From Entomortierella parvispora E1425 (taxonomy: Eukaryota > Fungi > Mortierellomycota): a DNA stretch of 64,000 bases. The notes under the pieces are model-generated. The model was given only the letters and a program-made list of their open reading frames with translations, was not told where the DNA came from and did no database searches. Positions 37,201 through 45,883 of the stretch are shown here, in pieces. The position numbers and the translations under genes were made by a program. Location of the stretch: contig BQFW01000005.1 in NCBI GenBank assembly GCA_020891255.1, positions 1,798,001-1,862,000 on the forward strand. Direction: 5' to 3'. How positions within the stretch are numbered: the stretch's first letter is position 1; every line of letters starts with the position of its first letter.

Positions 37201-40200
37201 CGGTTCTAGACTTCCAATTGAGCGGGTGCCCGTGGTTGAAGTTTTCCCTTTGATCTTGAAGTCTTGAGTTGGTAAATCGTGAGTGGTGAGGACTTCGATC
37301 TCTCCCTCCACGACCTCCGGGTTCGGCATGAACACATGTGTAGGCTCCTCTTTGTCCGAGTGCTCTAGCCTGACTCCTGAGATAGACTGGAGGAGCTGGC
37401 TGGGCACCTTGAATGATTTCTTGTCCTTGTTCGGTGTGATTTTCAGGGCTTCTGATGATCCAACAGCCAAGTGGATTGCTCCAATTGGATTGACATGTGG
37501 TGGGCCCTTCCCTTCTTTACCGGTTTCCATGATAGGAATCTTGACGTTTTCTAATCCTCGGAGTCCGAAGGTCACTTGGTTCAGTTCAGGGTCGTAGTGC
37601 GATAGAGTGCCCTTGATAAAATCCAGTCCAGCGAGGAAAGGCATTTCTTGGCCCGCGATCACCGAAAAATTGAAGGGGATGGTGATGTCCGGAGTCACGC
37701 CTAGTTCGATGAGAGTCGAGCCAATGGTTCGTTCTTGAATTCCGTTGGGGTACTTCAGAGTTCTCTTATATCTGGGGTCTAGTGTCAACCCTAGGGCTTT
37801 GGCCATTTTTTCCGAGATCGTTGAGACTCGTGCTCCGTTATCGAGTTGGATGTCTACAACTTCGTTTCCAACGATGACTGGGAAGAAGACAAGGCGAAGG
37901 TCCTCTGGAACGTCTAGAGGCATAACTCGCTTGGGCTTCGTAATGGCCTTCGGGGCAGCCGGCGAGGGGTCTTCGTCGTCTTCGTCGTCTGAGTCATCTG
38001 AATCGTCGCTAGAATCATCTGAATCGTCTTGTATGTCTTGTTGATGGACCAAAGATGCGGATTTAGGCATGCCTACCATCTCAAGAATCTTCTTTCGAAA
38101 CGAGAGATCTTTCTGCAGGAGATAGGGGAGTGGTGTTGGAATTGCCATCTTCATCATGGAGTCCAAAGGGTCGCCGCCTTCTGGGTTGCCTTGGAGGTAA
38201 TGATCGTATATCGGCAAATGAACGTCAGGTCCTGCTTTCAGAAAAGCTTTCTCTTGTCTTGCGTCCTCTTTTCTCCTCTTCTTTGCGGCTTTGGCTTTGT
38301 CGAGGGCTTTGAGCTTGTTGTCATAGATTTCGACTTCTCTCGCAGACATCTGTGATCGGTCCTTACGAGGATGGATGTGCTCAAGGGCGGGGCCTGCCTC
38401 TGCTCCTTGAGGTTCTTGACTCGTTGAAGGACTTGTTACTTGTTCAGGCAGTGGATCGGGCTGAACTGACAAGTCTTGATCTTCTTGGGTTCTGCGATCA
38501 TTCGAGGAAGAGCCTTGGTCGATCTGCTCTTGTTCCTCTGGCTGCTCAAATTGGACTTGTTTGCCTTTGTTTTTTTTTCTTGTGCCGACCGCTTGGATCT
38601 TCATGAGTTCTTCGTCACACTCCACGGCCGGTGTTTCTTCTCCAAAAAGGAAGTTTGGAATACCAATGTCGGGAATGGCGTCATCCATGACCTTTATACT
38701 CCCTATTCGACTCGATGATCCGGCTGTGGCGTTAGAACTGGAGGCCCCAGCACCAGCGCGGCCGGAGAGGGGGTTTTCCCATGGTAGGTCCTTCGAACGG
38801 GAAGCCTTCCACTTTTCGATTCGGATTGGACAGTCAGCGTACTTGTGTGAGCTCCCAGATCCAGGGGGGCAAAATCGACAAGCATAGTTACATCGGTGGC
38901 TGACATGGTTGGTAAGACCGCAGTTGTCACACTCTGTTCGCGGAGCAACGGGAGTGGTATTCGCACCTGTGGCCGGGGTGTTTGATGGAGTTCGGGGAGG
39001 TGCCCTTGGTACTTGTGGAGTGTTTTGGTTTCTGAAGTTTGAGGGAAAAGGTGCAAGAGGTTCTCCTTTCTTCATTCTTCTAGCCATGATCTTGTTCTGC
39101 TGGAAATTGGTTTGCGAGAGGGCCTCTTGCAAAGTCTTGGCCATCGAAAGGTTCATCACAGTCTTAAGCTCGTTGTCTTGAAGCCCATCAATCAAGGTTT
39201 GGATGTACTGTTGTGCCGGGTAGATTTGATGAGGATCGATCCTCTGGACTAGATCGTAGACTCGCTCTCCATACTCAACGACTGACTCATCGTCTTTCTG
39301 GTGCACTTGCTGCAATTGCTGGTGCAGAGAGGCCTTATAATCGTCGCCGTTGAATCGACCGCGGAAAAGAACCACGAAAGAGTTTCCTTCATTTTCTTCT
39401 TCGTTGTAGGAGCTTACGGTCCCGACGGGAGCATCGATACGGGACATCCAAGCGGCAGCTGGACCATCGAGAGCGGTGGGAATTGCTCGAAGCAACTCTT
39501 CGTCTGTCAGGTTGTAGTACCTCTTGATGCTGTCAATTGTTCTTAGAAAGGCCTCAGGGTCTTCGGAAATTCGGCCCGCGAATTTGGGTAGGACATCTGG
39601 TCGGAACTTCTTGATCTTTACCACGTTGCTGGCTGGGGGTGCCTGCTTGTGTTCTTGGCCTCGAGCTGCTTTTGATGGCTCCTCAAGCTGCTTGATTCTC
39701 AATCCAGGTTTCGCTTGCTTGGTTTTCTTGCTCTCATCCTCGTGATACAATTCATTCAGATAGAGATGAAATGATCGCAAAGTATGAAATATGGTAACGC
39801 CGAGGAATGCAATGACCATAAGAACGAGGAAACCCACAATGATGTGTGAAGCCATGTTAAAAAAATAGGCAGCTGCGGCGGCAATGCCGGTTCTGATTTC
39901 GGGCGGTATCTGGCCCCACAGTGCCCAGGTTCTCCACCAAAACTGCTGTGTGGCGCCACTGTGGGGTGGATCTTGTGACTGCCAACTAGTTGTGTTTCCC
40001 TCCGGGGTCACTGTGGCCGTTGGGCTGGCCGATGAAGGGAAAGTAGTGGTCGTAGTTGGTTGGGGAGTTGTTTCTGTCTCTACTTGTGTCGCGTACACCT
40101 CGCTGGTATCAGCTGTGGTGATGTCTTCACTCATCGTAGGGGATGGCGTGTAGAGAGAGCCAGAGGTTTTGAAGGTTGATAGAAATGGAAGTGTTGTTGC

Positions 40201-41607
40201 CGTAAAGGTCAAGAAAGGGGCGGTTGTAGTGGAAATAATTGAGAAGGGGATCGTAGTAGTAGCTGTTTCTTGATGAATGTATGGAGTTTCTGAAGACTGA
40301 GACTCGGACATAGACTCTGGGTAAGAGGGAACAGCGGTGGTTGTTGTTGAGAAAGCTGAGATGGCGGTACTGACTAGATCACTCGTGGTCGAAGAGATTG
40401 TGGAGGCGGACAAGGATGTAGTGACTGTAGTAACGGAGGAGTTCTGAGTAGTGGTCTTCAAAGTTGCTGAAGGTGATAGAGATGAATTTGAGGGCGAGTC
40501 TGGCAACGGCGAGGGTAAGGGAGAACTTGAGGACAGCGACGTTCCAACGGAAAACGACTCGAAGTATCTCCTTACTTCTGAAAACCAGCTGATAGGAAAA
40601 AGCGATTGTAACCAGAAGAAAAAGGATGACGAGAACAACCAAAACCAGTGGATCAACCACGAGGGAGAGAAGGTCAGGCCAAGTTGGAGTAGAAAGAGTG
40701 CTAGGAAGGTACCGATGAATGTAAGGGAGGATCGAAAGTGAGAGGGTGATGATCCAAAGAGCTTTCTTGTATGCAATCGACGCGACACTTGCCAAGATAT
40801 GAACGAGAGGAATAGAAAGTCGAGCGAGGCGGAGTACCAACGCAAGGACGGCAGTGAAGAGTCGCCAAGTGGTTCGGATGAGTTGGCCGGTCTTTTGGAC
40901 AATGAACAATAGGTTGTCGAAGGTGCTTCGTAGAAGAAGATAGACGAGAGGAAACACGACAAAGATTGGGTGTAGTCGATATAAGAAAAGAAATACAGGG
41001 CGTAGAGACTGAGGAACAGGATACATAGGGCAATTGCACTCAGGACTACGGTCTTAGCGATGCCACGAACTTGTCGATAACCGTTCACCAGTAGAACAGA
41101 GAAAGTCCTAGGACGCGCCCGTTGTAGTTCAGTGACCAGATATGAATAACCGTAAAAGAGGAATATCTGGAAGTTCCAGACAAGAGAAATGAAGAGGAAA
41201 AAGTGGTACGAAATGGATTGCAGGAAATTGTTGAACTTCTGTTTGGTGACACGCCAAAATCGGTAATCTGATGTAGCGTACGAAAGGGCGTATGAGACGA
41301 AAGAGGGGACGTGTTGGACGTGGTAAAGAATAAGGTAGATACGTCTGATCAAAGGTGAAAGGACTCTAACGAGGCGATCGAAAATGATGGTAGCAGAATA
41401 GTAGAGACTGAGAGTTATAAGGAGGGCGAGAGAAAAAAGAAGGACAATGATGAGAAGAGTGCTCATAAGGTACTCCAGATAGGGCAGCTTTTCTCGGATT
41501 TTGAAGTTGTACTGAAGCCAGTCAGTGAGGTAGAAGGTGGTGTCGTTGATGAGTCTTTGAATGAAAGGGATGGCAACGAGGAAACTGCAGAGGATGATAA
41601 AACTCAA
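34246..41607 (-). CDS. Single-frame polyprotein: membrane/mucin-like leader-Gag-aspartic protease-RT-RNase H-integrase
   Basis: Capsid-like LPKFAG..EDPEAFL and Q..DESVVEY; CX2CX4HX4C knuckle; LDNGA; RLCIDYKELN, LPFGYTNSP, YMDD; DASEEALGA, ERELLA, RTDH; integrase HX6H/CX2C, DQG and VERRN, and GPF. Called start is TTG; first ATG at 41466; the frame is open from 41973. Confidence 0.95.
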   Translation of the reverse strand: MSFIILCSFLVAIPFIQRLINDTTFYLTDWLQYNFKIREKLPYLEYLMSTLLIIVLLFSLALLITLSLYYSATIIFDRLVRVLSPLIRRIYLILYHVQHVPSFVSYALSYATSDYRFWRVTKQKFNNFLQSISYHFFLFISLVWNFQIFLFYGYSYLVTELQRARPRTFSVLLVNGYRQVRGIAKTVVLSAIALCILFLSLYALYFFSYIDYTQSLSCFLSSIFFYEAPSTTYCSLSKRPANSSEPLGDSSLPSLRWYSASLDFLFLSFISWQVSRRLHTRKLFGSSPSHFRSSLTFIGTFLALFLLQLGLTFSPSWLIHWFWLFSSSFFFWLQSLFPISWFSEVRRYFESFSVGTSLSSSSPLPSPLPDSPSNSSLSPSATLKTTTQNSSVTTVTTSLSASTISSTTSDLVSTAISAFSTTTTAVPSYPESMSESQSSETPYIHQETATTTIPFSIISTTTAPFLTFTATTLPFLSTFKTSGSLYTPSPTMSEDITTADTSEVYATQVETETTPQPTTTTTFPSSASPTATVTPEGNTTSWQSQDPPHSGATQQFWWRTWALWGQIPPEIRTGIAAAAAYFFNMASHIIVGFLVLMVIAFLGVTIFHTLRSFHLYLNELYHEDESKKTKQAKPGLRIKQLEEPSKAARGQEHKQAPPASNVVKIKKFRPDVLPKFAGRISEDPEAFLRTIDSIKRYYNLTDEELLRAIPTALDGPAAAWMSRIDAPVGTVSSYNEEENEGNSFVVLFRGRFNGDDYKASLHQQLQQVHQKDDESVVEYGERVYDLVQRIDPHQIYPAQQYIQTLIDGLQDNELKTVMNLSMAKTLQEALSQTNFQQNKIMARRMKKGEPLAPFPSNFRNQNTPQVPRAPPRTPSNTPATGANTTPVAPRTECDNCGLTNHVSHRCNYACRFCPPGSGSSHKYADCPIRIEKWKASRSKDLPWENPLSGRAGAGASSSNATAGSSSRIGSIKVMDDAIPDIGIPNFLFGEETPAVECDEELMKIQAVGTRKKNKGKQVQFEQPEEQEQIDQGSSSNDRRTQEDQDLSVQPDPLPEQVTSPSTSQEPQGAEAGPALEHIHPRKDRSQMSAREVEIYDNKLKALDKAKAAKKRRKEDARQEKAFLKAGPDVHLPIYDHYLQGNPEGGDPLDSMMKMAIPTPLPYLLQKDLSFRKKILEMVGMPKSASLVHQQDIQDDSDDSSDDSDDSDDEDDEDPSPAAPKAITKPKRVMPLDVPEDLRLVFFPVIVGNEVVDIQLDNGARVSTISEKMAKALGLTLDPRYKRTLKYPNGIQERTIGSTLIELGVTPDITIPFNFSVIAGQEMPFLAGLDFIKGTLSHYDPELNQVTFGLRGLENVKIPIMETGKEGKGPPHVNPIGAIHLAVGSSEALKITPNKDKKSFKVPSQLLQSISGVRLEHSDKEEPTHVFMPNPEVVEGEIEVLTTHDLPTQDFKIKGKTSTTGTRSIGSLEPVAVPFEPTKPTSRYDINPDLPEDQKKRLESLLQEYDDCFIDRLDQIRVMKIEPIEIQLMPGARPVKQPPRKLSPEASAWLKEYLNRLMENGLIRRSKSPWASPIVLVQNRKLPVPETKGPDVEIHLPAPIEEETDDSPFVSSLPFGPSPSAESIFDEGLFRLCIDYKELNKRVIKDAYPMPSIQTILSRFRKKRFFSAFDFYKGFWAAKLANPSLSAFVCEYGLFESLRLPFGYTNSPAWYQRVMDHIFEPLIPEIVQIYMDDSICASEEFEDHLVHLRKILDLIRKYRLSINRKKTHFGYQTIALLGHQVGVGGIQTNPKIIEKIKQWPTPRNRTQAKGFFALSQYFRRFIKDFGKISRPITLTFSTKKAFEWTKRAQKAKRKLQRLLTHAPILIHPDPDKDYILDVDASEEALGAILQQLHDGYLHPVLFWSYALKGPEVRYSTYERELLALVKAIEYCRPYLLQKHFTVRTDHQALRGFTELANPTPKIFRWMMRLSEFSFEIHYMKGKENVVAHELSHYPGHQEETQSAPIDMIRLQPNTGLEDLLPFTINKYTTIWKCLQPGASGAIQSNKVTTDQVMSWHRKYVALGGDLYKRADSESDHPRRFLRPSEVPGILKEYHDSELGGHTGIASTFNKIREKYYWPGYYGTVAYWVKSCPVCQKHGNEPPKRKAQELVLLNDLTARLFLDHMHMGPSEEGHKWILVGVNETTGWVEAQAVKQPSVDEVALFIFNWICRFSCPITIHCDQGQEFKNQTIDVLLTHYNIKLEFSTAHVSRGSGIVERRNQTIRNVMNRLASKSPRDWPHFLNATLYVLRTLPNRLSGFSPMYLETGRQPRMPGDLRLLEEYWDQSGLKDEEIEEQALERAVYLYNTFEKVRQNAYSVVNAHRRTMIATSMNRKKTRQYPFQEDDLVDLFNKGKKATLHSSAQEMYSGPFKIVKVLDHGKFILSKDDQLCPGHFDGGHLRYHGLKTKSGLNRSRI
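39922..39939 (-). other. Primer-binding site, probably tRNA-Ala
   Basis: TGGTGGAGAACCTGGGCA, 4 nt inside the 5' LTR, is complementary to a tRNA 3' end ...GTTCTCC-A-CCA. U at position 70 and A73 fit the tRNA-Ala G3:U70 identity element (inference). Confidence 0.8.
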
Positions 41608-42238
41608 ACCAATGGTTGCCTCAGGAATTGCGTATGGTCCGAGTAAGAAGAAGTAGATAGAGGAAACGGCGAGAGCGACAGCAAAGGTGATGAACGCCCA
41701 CCTAAATCCCAGGCTATCGAAAGCTCTCTCTTGCTCCTCGGTGTAAGGACGGGGTAGAGTTGGTGGAATGATGAAAGTTGGTCTGTAGACGAAGAAGTGA
41801 AGAAAACAGAGTACGATCGCTTGACAGTGTAAAAGTAACTGTACTTTGTTGTGGATGTACTCGTGCGTGGTTTTGTGAAGATGAACGGGAAGGGGTGGAG
41901 TTCTTGACTTAAAATTTGTAGTACGAAGGTGCTCGATTTTCTTTATTTTTCTTGTGCTTTTCTTTATATGTGCCTACGAGGTGTGTGTTGATCATTGAAG
42001 TGGGGCCTCTAGGCGGCAGTTGTTCCTTGTTTCTGTCTTTGTTCCATTGTTTCCCTTGTTCTTTGTTTCCAGCTGCTATTCTTGACGCGAGTCCCTTTCC
42101 ATTTGCTTCAGCCTGTGGGGCGAGTCGATTGCAACCTAAATTTGGACACGGCCCGCGTGTGGCAAATCTGGCTTGATCTGTGCTCTGAGTCGGCCGTTGC
42201 AGTAGATCAGTGGCACTCACTTCTGTGACGTTGCGGCT
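39944..42238 (-). repeat. 5' LTR (2295 bp)
   Basis: Boundaries are where the two copies diverge; minus-strand ends AGCC...AGCA; followed after 4 nt by the PBS. Confidence 0.93.
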
Positions 42239-42467
42239 AAGAATTCTCGTAGTCCAAACCTGGCAGTTGGTTGGAATTGACATGCATGCAGCATGCATGC
42301 ATGTGCCTGACAATGGACAGTGGACAATGTAAAGTTGCAAGCCTCTATGCATGCCGTTAATTGACCTCTGCACATCCCACGCATTATCTTCATGTTTCAT
42401 ATTCCCCGCCTGTGCTTCTTTCAGAGCTATTCACTGAGAGGTTTTATTGAACAAAAGGGGCTCTTTT

Positions 42468-43349
42468 TTACAGCTGGTCAATGTCTACCTCGACACCGTC
42501 CCTGGGCGAGTCTCTTGACAATACGCGATGCGAGCTCGTGGAGATCCAGGTCAGATCATTGCCCTCCAGCGTCTCAACACGGACGCTAACAGAGTAGGTT
42601 CTAAAGTCCTCGATGACACTTGGGTCATACATGACTTTGAACTCGATGGGCAACTCCAGCCCTTCTTCGCCAGTCTCGATCCACTGTTCTCCCATCACTA
42701 CAGCGGCAACGTCCATCAAAGACGTATCCGACAATTGGACCTTCACCATGCTCTTGGGTCCAATCTTGGCTCCAGCCTCGGCCTTGCCTCTGACAATTCG
42801 ACCAGTGAGAGCCGACGTTCTGGTCTCTTCGGTTCCTGTGGGCACGGGGTTCTCTTCGGGAGCGTAGACACGCTCGAGTTGAATCTCGACATTATCACTG
42901 GGGTGGCCATTGGTCAAAACAGGGTACCGTGTGGTGGTGATCCAAGTCAACTCTTCTTCTGCTGAGGCGTGGTCAGGGATTTCGACGACTCGAGCAGAGA
43001 CAGAAAGGGACTGGTGCGAGTTCTTGCGGACCTTGCTGGCATCATAGGGGATCTTGAAGGCAATAGGGAAATCGAGGGTCTGACGGGCCCCAGTGACAAT
43101 GACTTGTTCGCCCAGAGTGATCGAAGGCGCGTCCATGAGCGAGACGTCCAAAAGCTGGATGGTCAAACGGGAGTTGGACCCTATTCTTGGGTATTCGATG
43201 GAGCGGCCAGGGCCAGGGAAGATCTTGCCAGTGATAAAGTGGCTATGGCTGTGGTGATGATGGTTGGTCATGATGGATTGAGCAGAGGTGTAGAGGACAA
43301 AGAAGGTGAAGGTGAAGAGTGAAAAGAGAGAGGAAAAGCGGTTCGGCAT
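42468..43349 (-). CDS. Intronless protein with two tandem YbaY/YscW-like lipoprotein domains; probable signal peptide
   Basis: Two repeats of L.V.L.D.SL.D....(L/M)GEQ.I......FP..F...YD.S.....Y/SLSV..R......L.WI.T....VL, the bacterial YbaY pattern. ATG 43349 gives MPNRFSSLFSLFTFTFFVLYTSA; alternative ATGs at 43544 and MTNHHHH. Confidence 0.8.
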   Translation of the reverse strand: MPNRFSSLFSLFTFTFFVLYTSAQSIMTNHHHHSHSHFITGKIFPGPGRSIEYPRIGSNSRLTIQLLDVSLMDAPSITLGEQVIVTGARQTLDFPIAFKIPYDASKVRKNSHQSLSVSARVVEIPDHASAEEELTWITTTRYPVLTNGHPSDNVEIQLERVYAPEENPVPTGTEETRTSALTGRIVRGKAEAGAKIGPKSMVKVQLSDTSLMDVAAVVMGEQWIETGEEGLELPIEFKVMYDPSVIEDFRTYSVSVRVETLEGNDLTWISTSSHRVLSRDSPRDGVEVDIDQL

Positions 43350-44066
43350 TGGTTCGAGATCTGTGTTTTTATGGTGAATGAGAGGGACAAAGAGAAGAGT
43401 TGATGTTGGGCGTCGGGCAACGAAGCGAGATAAAAATAAAGGGCGCGAGAAGACGGCAGCTGTTCCACTCGCACTGGCAGAGAAGATGACGATCAAGACC
43501 CAACTCAGCAGAGACACCCAGTTCAGAGCCGAGGAAAGGACCATTCTTAATCCACAGGCTACGACCGGTCTCTACCAGGCAAGCGGCGGGACGTGCACCA
43601 TCCTTCTTCCGGCCACCCCTGGGACATGCGGGGAAGAGCGTTGCGGTGCACTGTTGCGCCCGCCCGGGTGAAGACGGTGCTTACCTTATGATGATTCCTT
43701 TTCTGTTGTCCTTCTTGTTCCCATGAGAAGTGCACGTGCACCATAGGGAGTGCATAGTTGACAATACAGAGGGCGGCGAAGTCCGTTTTGTGCTTGCAGA
43801 GGGTGGCACGGCGGTCTTTCTTTTTCTCTCTCGGTTTTGTCTTTCTCGGACATCATGCATGGAAAGGGTCCACGCTTGTTTCTCCACTTTTCTCTTTCTC
43901 TCTTCACTCTTCACTCTTCAGTCTTAACTCTTCTCTCTCTCTTCACTCTTCTCTCTTCTGTCTCTCACGCTCCACTACTTTCTACTCTCCGCTCTCCACT
44001 CATTCTTGTTGAATACCCCCCTCCACACCTTTTGTGAATGCACCATCACCAACTCTCTGAATTGCA

Positions 44067-45479
44067 ATGCAGTCCTCGGCCTTCTTGAACAACGTACGAA
44101 GCACTGCAAGCCAGATTCCCCGTGCTATCTCTCCTCACCTCGTCTCCCCTACCTCTCCAGTCTCCTCTGCTTCCTCGTCCATCCGCTCCATCTCCCCTAG
44201 TCGCCACTCCTTTCAGATCCGGTCCAGGTCGGCCTCTCCCTCTCCTCGGCGCTTTGCGAGCGTACTTGCGTATCATGCGACTCCCATCGCTAGCCCCAAA
44301 CAGCACCAGGAAGAGTCGTCGCCGGAGCAACCACACCCTTCAAACTTGAGTGATCATAATCGAGACGAACGTAATCGAGACGAGAGTCCGAGTCGTATCG
44401 CCGTGAGAAACTTGGAAGAGTCCTGGAGACGATTTGAATTGGATGCTGCGGCATCTCCCTCCTTGTCTTCTAGTTCGTCTTTTGGGTCCCCTGGTACGCA
44501 ATCCCCTGCCCGTGTTGGGTCTCCTTCACCCCTTTCGAGGCCCCCTTACAAGGAGTTGATTGAATGCAGGAGCCTGGAAGGGAGCGTGTCAGAAGATGAG
44601 AACAGCACCACGAGGGGCACTGCACGTTTGAGCAAAGAGGGACAGGAAGAGACCCTTGATCCCAAATCTCGGATGGCCAAACAGAGACCAGCAGCAAATA
44701 GGCTGAACGGGCAATCTATTTCTGCTGAGCCCAACGTAGATAACAAAAAGAGAGCGGATCAACAGCAGGATCGCATCCCTGCTGCAGCAAAGACAGTGGA
44801 CACAAGAGGTGGTCGCACAAAGGAGAGTCGCGCGACCAAGCAAGTGGTGTCGGATGCGCTCTATCTTGAGCAGCAGCAATCACGGCATGGTTTCAGCAGC
44901 ACATTCCTGGCCTCGAGTGAGGCAAGACACATCCTTGATCTGCCATCGCTCCTGGGTCAAGATCCCAGCAGGATTTCAGACGTCTTGCCACTGACAATGC
45001 CACACCAACCACAACCACGACCACTGTCGACACACACCTCTTCCTCTTCATCCACCTCCCATCTGCTAAAGGATCTGAGCGCTCAGGCGGATGCAACGGC
45101 GGAGGCCATGACGGAGCGCTTTGCTGCCAAAAACCTGAACATGACCGAGACGGAAGCCCACAGGATGGTACAGATCCTGGCGAATGAAGTGGTCTCGCTA
45201 CATGAAGAGGCAGCCAAGATGCGCGCTCAAATGGATGAAGCACGACGGGACATGCTGGAGGCAGCACGATTGTTGCGACTGAAAGCAGAGAGCGAGCAGC
45301 AAGAACACGAGTCCAGGGAGATGCAGGAGTATTCGTCTTCCTCTGGTCCTGTGAACGCAGACACCTTTGTATCTGGTGAGAAGGAGCCAAGAAATAGACA
45401 GGATGAGGAAGAGCACGAGAAGCAGGAGCGGGCGAGAGTTGCGGCCAGCAGCTACAACAAGGACGAGTGGAACGACTGA
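44067..45479 (+). CDS. Hypothetical Ser/Pro-rich protein with C-terminal coiled coil
   Basis: 470-aa ATG-initiated ORF; helical EAHRMVQILANEVVSLHEEAAKMRAQMDEARRDMLEAARLLR segment; no family recognised. Confidence 0.7.
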   Translation: MQSSAFLNNVRSTASQIPRAISPHLVSPTSPVSSASSSIRSISPSRHSFQIRSRSASPSPRRFASVLAYHATPIASPKQHQEESSPEQPHPSNLSDHNRDERNRDESPSRIAVRNLEESWRRFELDAAASPSLSSSSSFGSPGTQSPARVGSPSPLSRPPYKELIECRSLEGSVSEDENSTTRGTARLSKEGQEETLDPKSRMAKQRPAANRLNGQSISAEPNVDNKKRADQQQDRIPAAAKTVDTRGGRTKESRATKQVVSDALYLEQQQSRHGFSSTFLASSEARHILDLPSLLGQDPSRISDVLPLTMPHQPQPRPLSTHTSSSSSTSHLLKDLSAQADATAEAMTERFAAKNLNMTETEAHRMVQILANEVVSLHEEAAKMRAQMDEARRDMLEAARLLRLKAESEQQEHESREMQEYSSSSGPVNADTFVSGEKEPRNRQDEEEHEKQERARVAASSYNKDEWND

Positions 45480-45498
45480 GCATAGTACCCACCAGCAT

Positions 45499-45533
<35 letters not shown>

Positions 45534-45709
45534 ATCCCGAAACAGCACGTGACCCTTTCTTCATTTCATTTCTTTTTTGCTGACAGATGCAAGATGCATC
45601 CGACTTGCGTCAGTTCCTGTTCTCTCTTTCGCTCCTTCTCTTTCGCTCTCGCCTTGTCTTGACCATGAATCCATCTTTATCTTTCCCTTCTTCTTTGCAT
45701 TCATCTCCT

Positions 45710-45731
45710 TCTCTCTCTCTCTCTCTGTCTG

Positions 45732-45762
<31 letters not shown>

Positions 45763-45793
45763 CCCTCTCTCTCCCTCTCTCTCCCTCTCTCTC
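45710..45793. repeat. (CT)n-rich microsatellite upstream of the UFD1-like gene
   Basis: Interrupted CT dinucleotide run visible directly. Confidence 0.85.
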
Positions 45794-45883
45794 CACACCC
45801 ACCCTGACCCTGACCCTCCTTGACCCGAATTCGCATCCTCTCCACTCCACAACAACCACCCTGTCATACTCCCATCCCAGGCA

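Larger units (their letters stand above)
31810..42238 (-). mobile_element. Full-length Ty3/gypsy LTR retrotransposon (10429 bp) with 2295-bp LTRs
   Basis: Direct repeats 31810-34104 and 39944-42238 (offset 8134); 4-bp TSD AAGA (31806-31809 and 42239-42242); PBS and PPT; domain order Gag-PR-RT-RH-IN. Confidence 0.97.

Noticed and set aside
32245-41039. Alternative-frame and antisense ORFs inside the LTRs (215, 112 and 96 aa, etc.)
   Set aside because: Shadows of the long pyrimidine-rich coding frame; no independent motifs.
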